Positions 1 to 11,022 of a DNA stretch of 64,000 nucleotides are shown here, one piece after another; the first letter of the stretch is position 1, and each line of letters begins with the position of its first letter. The position numbers were made by a program, and so were the translations under genes. The stretch lies in assembly GCA_023213395.1 (NCBI GenBank), contig CM041465.1, positions 219,363,741 to 219,427,740 on the forward strand, in the 5' to 3' direction. The DNA is from Cycas panzhihuaensis (lineage: Eukaryota; Plantae; Cycadophyta). The notes below the pieces were generated by a model. The model saw only the letters and a list, made by a program, of their open reading frames with translations, was not told the origin of the DNA and searched no databases.

Positions 1-831
1 AAATAAAATGGCATTGTAATTGTAAAAGGGATAGAGATTAATAATTTCTATAAATTGGCCTCTACTCTCATTCTACCTCCCTCTCTTACTGTAAAGTCTC
101 CTGCTATTGTTTGTAACTCTAATAATGAAATATGACATTCCTAGTATGGACATATTACAAATGATAAATTAAAAATGCTAAAAAGAGTAAATGTGATAGA
201 TGGATTACCAAATGATATTTATTTTAATTCATCTGTTTGCGAAAGTTTTATGTTGGGAAAGCAACATAAGTATCAGTTACAAGAATGTACTTGGACCACA
301 ATGATATATATAGACCAATCACACCAAATTATATTAATGGTGCTAAGTATTTTCCTACATTCATAGATGAATTTAGCAGGAAGGCTTAGGTGTTTTTCCA
401 TCTCCATCAAATCAAAATTTTTTTACTCTTTAAAGAATTCAAAACCCAGGTTAAATTAGAAAGTAGACATAAAATGAAGGAGGGAATTACATGGAGGTTC
501 AAAATTCTTAAAACAAATAAAAGAGATGAATACATCTCAAATGATTTTTTTCATTTTTGTAAAATACATGGTATTTGTAGATAACTTATTACTCCATATA
601 CTCCACAATCCAATGGAGTAGCAAAAAGATTAAATAGAACTATAACTGAAATGGCTAGGTACATGATAAAAGAGAAAAAAACATTCAATGCATATTGGGC
701 TAAAATTGTTAATACAATTGTATATTTTATAAACAAAAGTTTCACAAAAAATCTTAGGAAACTCACTCCTAAAGAAGCTTGGTCAAATAGAAAACCTAAT
801 ATGAGTCGTTTTAAGGTTTTTAGAGGTATTG

Positions 832-833
<2 letters not shown>

Positions 834-875
<42 letters not shown>
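834..875. repeat. (TA)n microsatellite in integrase copy A
   Basis: Pure TA run after TTGCC. An orthologous run lies at 2157-2189. Confidence 0.95.
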
Positions 876-878
<3 letters not shown>

Positions 879-2154
879 CTGATCAAAAGAGGTCTAAATT
901 AGATAACAAAAATATCAAACCTATTATGATTAGATATAGTAACAAATCCAAAACATATGAGCACATAAACCTAGGAATCAATAGAATTTATTTTAGCAGA
1001 GAAGTCGCTTTTGATGAGACGACTTCGATAGAAAATGATTAGATAAGTACCTCAAAAATAATTCAAGTAGAAACTATGAAATTTCTTAATAAAAAAGTTA
1101 CATCACAGGAAAAGAATGTTCCAAATAGTGATCCTCTAAAAACAAGAGCAAGAAAGTGATCCTCACGAGATAAGAAGATAGGAAAATGATTCTCTAAGAG
1201 AAATTATTTATACTGAAAAAAGACTGCCCAAGTGGTATTTAAAAACCATGGAATAATCAAAAGGAAATATTTTTTAGCCAAGAACAAAGTCTCAAAGACA
1301 TCAAACCTTAATTTACATAATTAAACTTCGAAACTATGAAGAAGCCCATAAAAATCTAAAATGGCAGGAAGCTATAGACAAGGAAATACTCGCCATAAAG
1401 CAAAATAACACTTAGGACTCGTTCCTCCTTCTGAAGGTAAACCAATTTGTGGAGTGCAAATGGATTTACAAGATAAAAGAAAAATATGATTACAACATTA
1501 AAAAATTTAAAGCTAGATTAGTGACAAAAGGATATATTCAAACAACAAGCATTGACTATGAAAAAACAATTGCTCCAGTAGCAAAAACGATAATCATTCG
1601 TACTGTAATTATGGCCACTCAATATAGATGGAAAATTGTGCAACTCAATGTAAAAAGTGTTTTTTTAAATAGTGACTTAGACGAAGAAGTTTATATAGAA
1701 CAATTTTTAAGATATACAAGAAAACAAGAAGAACAATTAGTCTGCAAACTAAAAAATGGATTATAGGACCTAAAGCAAGCACTACAAGCCTAGTATACAA
1801 AGTTCAACTGTCATCTTAGGAAAAAAAGATTTAGCAAGTGTGAATCTGACCCAAGCATATATAATAAAAATTTTAAAATGGCTTAATTACTATAATTGTT
1901 GTATATGTAGATTATATAATTATTACATGCAGTAATCATGAAACTATTCAATGGGTGAGAACATAAATGGAAAGCAATTTTCAGATAATAGATATGGGTT
2001 CGCTTATCCAATGCATATTGGATTGAAACTGTTAATACAGTTGTATAACTTATAAACAAAAGTCGCACAAAAAGTCTTGAAAAACACACTTCTGAATAAG
2101 CTTGATCAGATAGAAAACCTGATGTGAATCATCTTAGGGTTTTTAGAAGTATTG

Positions 2155-2156
<2 letters not shown>

Positions 2157-2189
<33 letters not shown>
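2157..2189. repeat. (TA)n microsatellite in integrase copy B
   Basis: Pure TA run at the same position (after ATTGCC) as in copy A. Confidence 0.95.
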
Positions 2190-2191
<2 letters not shown>

Positions 2192-4182
2192 CATCAAAAG
2201 AGATCTAAGCTAGATGACAAAAGCATCAAATGTATTATAATTGGATATAAAAACAAGTCCAAAGTATTTAGGTGCATGAACCCAAAAACCAATAGAATTT
2301 ATATTAACAAAGATGGCACTTTTGATGAGATGACATCGATAGAAAATGATCAGATAAGTACCTCAAAATTAATTCAGGTAGAAACTATGAAATTTTCTAA
2401 TAAAGAAATTGCATCACATGAAGAGAATGTTCCAGATAGTGCTCCTCTAAAAACAAGAGAGTAGAAAATTAATCCTCATAAGATAAGAAAATAGAAAAAT
2501 TATTCTCCAAGATAAATTATTTCGATTGAAAAAGACTACCTAAATGGTATTTAAAAACCATAGAAGAATCAAAAGGAAATATTTTTAAACAGAGAACAAA
2601 GTCTCAAAGACATCAAGCTTTAGTCTACAAAATTGAACCTCAAAACTATGAAGAAGTCTACAAAAATATAGAATCGCAAGAAACTATAAACAAGGAAATA
2701 TTCACCACAAAGTAGAATAATACTTGAGAGCTTGTTTCTCCTCCTAAAAGTAAAGCAATTATGAGGTGCAAATGGATTTACAAAATTAAAAAGAAAGAAA
2801 AATCTGATAGTAGCATTGAAAAATTTAAAGCCAGGTTAATGGCAAAAGAATATACTCAGACTGTAGACATTGACTATAGAAAAACATTTACTCTAATAGC
2901 AAAAATGATAACCATTCATATTGTTGTAATTATAGTAGCTCAATATAGATGGAAAATTATGCAACTTGATGTAAAAAATGTTTTTTTAAATGGCAACTTA
3001 GACAAAAAAGTTTGTATAGAACAACATCTAAGATATAGAAAAAAAAATGAGAAGAACATCTAGTTTGCAAACTAAAAAAGGCATTATATGGCTTAAAGCA
3101 AGCACTACAAACCTAGTATGCAAAGTTCGACTGTTATCTTTAAAAAAACAAATTCAATATGTTTGAATCCAACCCAAACCTATATAGTAAAAATCGAGAA
3201 AATGCCTTAATTACTATAATTGTTGTATATGTAAATGATATGATTGTTATATGTAGTGATCACAAAACAATTAGATAAATGAAAACATAAATAAAAAGTA
3301 ATTTTGAGATAACAAATATAGGCTCACTTCACTACTATCTTAGTATTAAAATCGTACAACAAATACCATATTCATCTCACAATCTCAATATGTCAAAAAC
3401 CTTTTCAAAAAAATTAATATGGAAGATTGTAACCCTTGTGCCACACCTACGAAAACAAGGTGTATTTTGACAGTTGATGAAGACAATCACTAGATAAGCA
3501 AAACACATTATCGACAGTTGATTAAAAACTTTAATTACTTAACAACAACTATACCAAATATTTTATTCTCTATAAGAATTGTCTTGAAATACATGCATGC
3601 TCTAAAACTCTCTCATTGGAATATGGCTGACAAAATCTTAAGATATATCAAAGGCATATTAGATCTAGAGTTGAACTACTAAGATTATTAAATTAGAGTT
3701 GATTGGATACAGTAACTCAAATTGGGGAAGCAAACAATAGGAAAAAAATTTACATCGGGATATTACATCAATCTAAGATTAGTTGTTACATCTTGGAGTA
3801 GCAAAAAAGCAACCAACCATAGCCCTGTCATCAACAGAATTTTAGTACAAGGTTGCAATAAGTGCAACTTGTTAAACAGTTTGGTTAAGGCAATTTTTTA
3901 AGGATTTAAGTCAATAATACTTTAAAGCAACCTCAGTCTTTTATAATAATCAAAATGTTATCAAGTTGACAAAAAATCATGTCTTTCATGCAAGAACAAA
4001 CCACATATAAATGCATCATCATTTTATCAAAGAAAAAATCCAAGTTAAAAAAATAAATATGCAATACTACAACAATGAACAGTAACTTGCACGTTTTTAC
4101 AAAGCCTTTACCAAATGTTAAGTTTTAATATCCCAAAAATCAATTGGAAATTAAAAACAAAAAATAAAACATTAAGAAAGGG

Positions 4183-4401
4183 CGTTGGAATATTAATGTT
4201 CTATCCTATATTCAATTTATAAAAATATACTAAAGCCTCTTAAATGAAAAATAAGGGTTGTGAGTTGCAATCTCTCTTTTGTTTAAAACGACACTTGGCA
4301 TACATGTGTTGGACCCCTCCTATAAATCTATGTATTTATATGGGCAGGAAACTCTCACTCATCATTAATAAAGAAAACTTTTATTCATATTTTTTTCAAC
4401 A
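4183..4401 (+). repeat. 3' LTR of the copia element (~220 bp)
   Basis: PPT AAGAAAGGG (4174-4182) is followed by CGTTGG (TGTTGG-like). Internal CTATAAAT (~4320) and AATAAA (~4367); ends TCAACA at 4401. Confidence 0.7.
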
Positions 4402-4539
4402 AGTTCAAGGGCTATAGCTTAGAAGGAAACTACTAGTTCGTAATCCTACTAGTCATATATGAGTTGATATAATAAATTTTTTTATAGAGAATCCACAAAA
4501 TGAAATATAGAGTTGTATTCACACAACAAAAGAAATTAA

Positions 4540-4950
4540 GCATACAAAATAGGATTTCCTTCTTCAAAAGAGGTTAGATATGATGGCTTATTTTTTAACA
4601 AAGTGGCATTTTGTATCAACTAGCATTCAAGAGAATAAATGACACAAATGGTGTGACAAATGAACATGTATGAACTCTCCTAAATTAATAAAGATCGTTT
4701 ACACAAAGATAAATGCACACTAGAAAAAGTTTAACAACAAATGGAAGTGATGATACTATACAAGACTCTCTTTGAGATATTAAAGAAAACAGTAGATGAA
4801 ATAGTTACTAAATAATTAGAAGCATTCCTCAATCCTCTTGGTCTTGTGGGAGAAAATAATAGCTCCTATGTAAGGATAATTCCCTTATGGGTGGGAAATT
4901 ACACTTCCATGACTCTAACCAAGGTTAACACACTTTCTCCAAAGATCTTA
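4540..4950 (+). mobile_element. Possible internally deleted hAT (DUF659-type) transposase relic
   Basis: Fragments GFPSSKEVR, CDK*T (SDGWT-like) and LFEILKKTVDEIV (4768-4806, resembles LFxLLDxVVEEVG), then WVGNYTS...LSPKIL (resembles the hATC dimerisation start). Recognised by eye only. Confidence 0.4.
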
Positions 4951-5429
4951 AAAAGTGAAGAAAATGATCCCAAAGGCAAGAATGGGCTCCTTATGATTTC
5001 AATTGGACTCCTTTACAATGGTATCTAAGAACATGAAGAAAAGATGTCTGAAAATTACAGTATGATCCAAAGTAATCAAGTGATACCAAGTTGCACCAAT
5101 GATGTCATAGTTGATGCTTCTTTAAATTAAGGAGAAAATAGTCTATATAAAACACAATTGGACACCACAATATGTTCTATGTGAACTTATGTATGTTATG
5201 AATAATTGTGCAAAATGCCACTAAGATGTAGATACCAAAAATGATGCAAAATTCATTCACACAAACTTCAGCAATACAACTCTCAATTTGCTGCTGACTT
5301 TCAGAATTCATATAATTAACATAAAGTGGATTTTAAATACTATAAGAACTAATATGTGATACTCCAAGACTGACTCACCTCTCTATAAATGTAGGGCACT
5401 AATATGACTCACCTCTCTAGTGCAGACTA

Positions 5430-5830
5430 TGCAGTCTGTGAGTGTTGATAGGCAACTATGGACTCAAAAGGGTTCCAGTGTAGCATCAAAAGCAACCACA
5501 TTATAGATTATTATTTATTTCTTCTTCTTTTTTTCAATTACTCCTGTTGCATGCTGTGGAGTAAATAGTCACAGGCAAAGTGCAGACTCACAAGGGGTTC
5601 CAATGTGGCATCAACAGCAACCACATCATAAATTTTTATTTATTTATTTATTTTCAAACTTTTTTCCGAATTACTCCCGTTGCATGGCATCAAGTAAAAG
5701 TCGCAGACAAAGCCTGTTGAAGGTGCCTATCAACACATTTATTTATTTATTTTCGAATTACTCCTGTCACATGGCATGGAGTAAATAGTCATAGGCAAAG
5801 CCAGTTGAAGGTGCCTATCGCCACAACTAA
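5430..5830. mobile_element. MITE-like element with inverted ends and three internal ~95-125 bp tandem units
   Basis: GTGTTGATAGGCA (5442-5454) is a perfect 13-bp inverted repeat of TGCCTATCAACAC (5724-5736), with a variant at 5812-5824. The unit AATTACTCC..GCATG..AGTAAA..GTC..AG.CAAAG occurs three times. Confidence 0.5.
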
Positions 5831-8543
5831 GAGCAGTAGTGCTAATAATCTTTTACACCCAAGGTGCATTTATATACCAAGTATTGTCTGAGGATTCAAC
5901 ATGGCCTTTTCTCCATGTCCTGTAACAGTTTACACGGATGGATATATCATTGCGGCCAAAAATATGTCCAACATGATGTAAAGGTATGTTGGGCCTCCCC
6001 ATCAACTTGACACATCAGAAATACATAGCCCTTATCCCATCCACAACCAAGCTGAGAATTATACTACAGAACATTTAAGATGTCACAAAAATAGCACTAT
6101 GCATGGCAGCCACTAGTGAAAATGATTGAAGCCTCATGTTTGCCCATAATTGTCACCAGATGGTAATCTGTATCCTCTAGATATAAGCAACTTGAAGTGC
6201 CCCACTTACTCACAAGGGAAAAAACATAAGGCCCAGGACCTTACTGTTCTCCAATTGTTTACCGACTTACCAGGTCAAGGCACAGATATTTAAGAATAGC
6301 TGTCCCGCAAAGTGAGTGGGAATTTACAAAACATGGCAAATTTATCTGGAGCAACTGTTACAAATTCATTAGATAGAAAATCCAATAAAAATGGTAGGCT
6401 ATCCACAAAGTCATAGCTGGACAATTAATGCAGGTGACTAATATAATGGCATAAACTTCAATCCCAATGAACACTAAATGGTGTACCAAGCGCTTATTTG
6501 AAAAAAGATAAAAACAATGATTCTTGCACGATCCAGTAGGGGCAGGTTCCAAAGTCAGGCCTGTATCATTAAATCCTAAAGGACTGAGCCACTTGATTGG
6601 CCCTTCAAAATGATAGAACTTCCAAAATGATACTTATAGGTTGATGCATAATTTGTGAAGAAGAATGAAGGCATTAAGATCAGCAGTGAGGTGCACACAG
6701 CTTTCTGCAGTCTAGAAAGGACCTACTCATCACCTCTTCTTGAGGACAAACTCATAAAGAGGGTAGAGACAGGGAAAGAATTTACCACACACCATGCTTC
6801 CAATTAGCCTGGTTTTGAGGCCTTAATCTTACTGAACGTAAATAAAAGGCAGAGTTTACCAGAACTGTCTATGCAGCCCATCTCCCTTAAATGTAAAGGG
6901 AACCAAGCAACAACAACAACAACAGGCATTTTAGCGTTCATCTTGGCCTTCAATTGACTTGTGGGGATTCATCATTTCTTGTTTCAGCTTGAAACATATT
7001 TAACTTAACTACTACATTTTGTTAATACCTACCATCACACTTGTTTACTACTTATGACAATTCCCCATCACTGTCAAATGATTTGTGAGAAACTCACAGA
7101 AGCAGTTGCCAGAAGAGTGCTTCTGTTGTCTTTTAGCCCCTCCTGCTGAGGATTTTTGGGAGCTTAAAGAAAAAAAGGAACTTGTCAAAATTTAGACTCT
7201 GCTCAAATCACTCGCAAAGAGTGTGCATTTCATGTTAGCAGAGGTTTGATAAGAACACACCCTAAAAGGTAGCAGAAATCCTACCCAGAGAAAGGACTAC
7301 TACACATTTCAAGGGTATATTCCAACTCATCCAAAGCAGCCGAAAGTTTAGACCAGTTCTGACCATCAATTTCTGGAGCTTTGAAACCTTCCCCACTTTT
7401 AATCCGCCATGATGTGACGGTGATATTATTTAGGTATAATTTCATATGTGGAAACAAACACACTGAAAGGCCAAGATATGATAAAATTAAACACAAACAG
7501 CTATGAAAGCTTCAAAGCTGATACAAACCAAATAATGATCATCCCGCAAGACTTCTACAAAGGAAACTACATTGCAAATACACAATTCCATCACACTGAT
7601 TTCTAGAAATGCACAGCAGCCAAAAAAAGGCTTTTACCAACAGAAATGTTCCCAGGCATCCTAAAATTTGCTTCCTGCTGATTGAATTGGAACTGAGCTG
7701 CCACATGATCTAACGCGTTACCATTTTAGGTTAAGAAAAGCAAGGCCAAAACAGCAATAATACATTAGGTACAAACTCAACTCGGAATACATACAATATA
7801 TAAGTCAGCACTACAGAAATAAAATGTGGTAACTCAAATCTAAAATGCAAAACCTTGGAATGAATTTACCGAGAAAAATGTCCATATGGCATTTTCCGAT
7901 ACTTGGTACTTGTATTCTTTACCCACTTCAAAAAAGTAAAGGCACAGAGCACTTCACAGAGCAAAACAGAAAATATGAAACTCCTAGAAACATTTAGTGC
8001 TCATCAATTACATTCCATAACACCATAAAATCTTCTAAATACCCACATTCCTAGTTCACGCAACAAAACCTTTTGATTGCTAATTTGTGCAACCAATACA
8101 TAAAAAATTTTGCATTGGATTTTATCTCTACAAACACACACTTAAAATAATCCCTCCTTCAAACTGTGTACAACAGGATATAGAATACAAGAAACATTTT
8201 CTTATCACAAATCAACGTCATAATATGCAAACAATGACAAACAATTTTTTAAAATATTTAACTCAATTTTTTTCATGTATAAAACCAACCAGATAAGAGT
8301 CTTTATTAGCCCGTACGTCAAATAGTCTAAGAGGGAAGGCTACTTATACAGTCAGCACCAACTTAGTTTGCACATGAAAAAATTACAACCAATACTAATC
8401 AAAGCCAATACAGCTGATACCCAAAAAGCAAGTTATGCCTTGGCCAGCAAAATCAAAAGAGTTAATCATACAGACGTCTTCCATGCAATTTCAACCTCAT
8501 TCAAGAATATACGGAAAGCAGGACTTCCAAGACACACCAACCT

Positions 8544-9899
8544 TTACACATAATTCAACAATCTGAAGTAGACTGTAACGTAGAATGAAAGAGAAACCAC
8601 TGCAAAAACATGTTGCCAAAACAGCAGTGAAGAGGCTTCCTTTGCACCATAGCCCCGCAAGCTGGTCATTGCTCCAAGCAGGATTGCACTCGGTGTCGTG
8701 TACTGCAAAAGAATCACAAACGCAAACATCTTATCCCCACTCACAAGGAAATGTAATTTAGCTGCCAAGGCCGTAACCCCAATACCTACAAGAGGAAGGA
8801 GCACGAGCCTAGTGACAGAAATCCCAATTGTGGTTCTCAATCCAAGCTCTGATTTATCTGGACCTTCTGCAAGCAAGCCTCCAAGAACAAGCATCACAGA
8901 GGGCACCAATGCACCTGCCACTATCTGGAGACTATCTGTGAAAAATGACAGAGGGGCATCTTCATCAAACAAAAAGGACCTCAAATGAGGAACCAGGTTC
9001 ACTACGATAGCCAAAAGGGAAGCTATAGTTGGGGGCTGAAGAATATGTTGAATCGGTGTTTTCTCTGCTACAATCCTAATCCTTCTCATCATCTTTGGCT
9101 CTGCCAAACACCTCACAGATTTAGGACTACCCTCCTCTGTACCTCCCTCTACATTTACATCCGGATCTGGCAAATTGTTCTCCACGTTTTTGGGGAAGCT
9201 TCTGAAAATCCTGGCAATGAAAGGAGTCTTGTAATGCTCTGTCTCTTTGTCTTTCAGTCCTGGCCACTCTGCCTCAAAAAGAAGAGAACTACCTGTTTCC
9301 CTGATCTGCTCTCTTTCAATCTCCGCATCCTCCGAAATAATCTCATAAAACTCCTCCGGGGGCTCCAACATATGATACGCAAAACTATACACCAAAATGA
9401 CAGCAACCCATTGGGCGAAAGAAATATATGCAACCCCTGCTGTGTTGCAATGAATTCCAAAAGGGTTGTCTGAGCTATGACAAATGGATCCGATTATAGC
9501 AAGAGGAAGGTTCCCTGTGTTCCCAAATCCAGTCATCACAACAGTCAATCTAAAATATTGAGGAGGTGGGCGACAGATTAATGCTACCAAGTACCCAAGG
9601 ATGCAGCCTATGGCCGTGCTAATGACTACATTAACAGGAATAAACCACCAATCCTTCATGTTTTTTAAGGTCACAGATTTACCAAGCTCTGTGAAAATCA
9701 AACAGGGTAGAAATAGAGCAAAAACAAGCTTGCTGAGTAGTTTGAAGGTTTCTCTAGAAATTAAATTGATTTTGGGATGTGCAAGGACTAGACCTATGCT
9801 ACAGAGGCATAGAAGTTTTAATAAGGGCACCACAGAACTGACCAAACTTTGATTCCTCCCTTGGATTTCCTCCCCAAGGGAGAGCAGGAAAGAAGGCAT
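8544..9899 (-). CDS. PILS2: PIN-LIKES auxin carrier (PILS2 clade, Mem_trans / auxin efflux carrier family), 451 aa, single coding exon
   Basis: Intact ORF with VVPLLKLLCL..IGLVLAHPK, LSKLVFALFLPCLIFTELG, GFGNTGNLPLAI, QPPTIASLLAI and LLQYTTPSAILLGA. Two hydrophobic TM blocks flank an acidic central loop. An intron-free CDS is typical of PILS2. Confidence 0.96.
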   Translation of the reverse strand: MPSFLLSLGEEIQGRNQSLVSSVVPLLKLLCLCSIGLVLAHPKINLISRETFKLLSKLVFALFLPCLIFTELGKSVTLKNMKDWWFIPVNVVISTAIGCILGYLVALICRPPPQYFRLTVVMTGFGNTGNLPLAIIGSICHSSDNPFGIHCNTAGVAYISFAQWVAVILVYSFAYHMLEPPEEFYEIISEDAEIEREQIRETGSSLLFEAEWPGLKDKETEHYKTPFIARIFRSFPKNVENNLPDPDVNVEGGTEEGSPKSVRCLAEPKMMRRIRIVAEKTPIQHILQPPTIASLLAIVVNLVPHLRSFLFDEDAPLSFFTDSLQIVAGALVPSVMLVLGGLLAEGPDKSELGLRTTIGISVTRLVLLPLVGIGVTALAAKLHFLVSGDKMFAFVILLQYTTPSAILLGAMTSLRGYGAKEASSLLFWQHVFAVVSLSFYVTVYFRLLNYV

Positions 9900-9901
9900 T
9901 G

Positions 9902-9981
9902 CTACAGATGTAATTTGCTTGCAAGAATTCTAAACTGCGAAATCAAATCACTGCAGTTTCTCGATGAATATTTGCACTTAC
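9902..9981 (-). other. Putative 80-nt 5'-UTR intron of PILS2
   Basis: Minus strand shows donor GAG|GTAAGT (9981-9976) and acceptor CTGTAG|CA-ATG (AG at 9903-9902). Confidence 0.6.
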
Positions 9982-10242
9982 CTCCTCCAACTTTAGTCCA
10001 ATTAAAAAACCCACAGAACTAAGAACGGAAGGAACCAAATTAGCCCTCTTTAACGCTCACCCACATTTCTAAGATCTTCAACCCATATGCAAATTCTTCA
10101 AAATTTGTACCAAAACAAGCCCTGTTACGAATTCCACAACCTACGAGCGTTTCACCTGGGTTTTCACCCGTCCATCCCCATCCTTGAAATAAATGACGAA
10201 ATAAATAATGTCCTGAACGGATGATATTTTATCTTATTTCTT

Positions 10243-10253
10243 GGTGGCCCACC
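10243..10253. promoter_or_regulatory. Site II / TCP-type element upstream of PILS2
   Basis: Near-palindrome GGTGGCCCACC contains TGGGCC on the minus strand, ~345 bp upstream of the ATG. A G-box CACGTG lies at ~10663. Confidence 0.35.
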
Positions 10254-10953
10254 TGCATGTCCTACACCGTGGGACTCTTGTGTGGGTTGTTGGGTATACT
10301 GGTATCCGATTCCAGTGCGGTATGATTTTCTCTAAGATTGTATGTTTATGTCCTATTATGTTTAGATAATAAATATGGGTGTTTACTTTCCTATATTCTC
10401 GTATAATAATTGTAATTTTGGTCCTATAATCTAGCTCCATGCAACACAATTTGTCCATTTAATATAGAATTACATCAAACTACCAACTCTATGGTTTTTT
10501 ATATATTATTACATTCAAATAACTATAGGATTTTGCTTTATTTTTATTATATGGTTGTAGTCAATAGGAGATTAACGTCTTGCTTTTTTGTGTATCCCAT
10601 AAGTATTTGATTCCATGTCCATATAAAATAACTTTGTAAATGCTTGTGAACTATTTTACATACACGTGACTATTGCATATACACGTAATGTGTGTACTCA
10701 GAGAACATAACGTAGTGTATAAGTGTTTGCATTTATATTAAATGACTATATCTAAGGGTTATAGTGTTTCTCAAGTCTCTTGGTAAGCACTATGGCCCTT
10801 GGATTTGGGAATTTAAGTCAACATAACTTTTCGAGTGACCACATTAGCCATAAATGTCTACATCCAAAAGTTGTGGCACTTTACAAAACTTTTGGTAAGT
10901 GTTGAATCTAAATGGAGACACTAAATATACTATACTTGTTAGGATATATCTCT

Positions 10954-11022
10954 TACCTCTTAGTTCATGGGATTGTTTTGCTTGTGATATACCTATTAGT
11001 TCATGGGATTGTTTTGCTTGTG
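10954..11022. repeat. 36-bp-period tandem duplication
   Basis: TACCT(C/A)TTAGTTCATGGGATTGTTTTGCTTGTG at 10954 and 10990. Confidence 0.85.

Larger units (their letters stand above)
688..3330 (+). repeat. ~1.32 kb diverged tandem duplication inside copia pol (copy A ~688-2006, copy B ~2007-3330)
   Basis: AATGCATATTGG..GTTAATACA at ~688 recurs at ~2010. The integrase tail, linker and RT N-half all occur twice in the same order. Copy A breaks off at GATATGGGTTCGCTT (~2005), whose counterpart continues at ~3320. Confidence 0.9.
1..4401 (+). mobile_element. Decayed Ty1/copia LTR retrotransposon, 3' portion (GAG-pre-integrase, integrase, RT, RNase H, PPT, 3' LTR); 5' end lies outside the window
   Basis: Frameshifted and stop-riddled motifs: WHxxxGH...VCESxMLGKQH (~130-270), YTPQSNGVAKRLNRT (~595-645), CKWIYKIK...KFKARLV.KGY.Q...IDYEKT (1449-1766 and 2761-3063), VVYVND (~3225, YVDD equivalent), and RNase H GYSNSNW...ALSSTE...HARTNHI. 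Order INT-RT-RH is copia-type. Confidence 0.93.

Noticed and set aside
8698-9852. ORFs overlapping PILS2 (8698-8988 +, 8985-9473 +, 9254-9460 -, 9601-9852 +)
   Set aside because: Shadow frames of a real CDS with no recognisable motifs.
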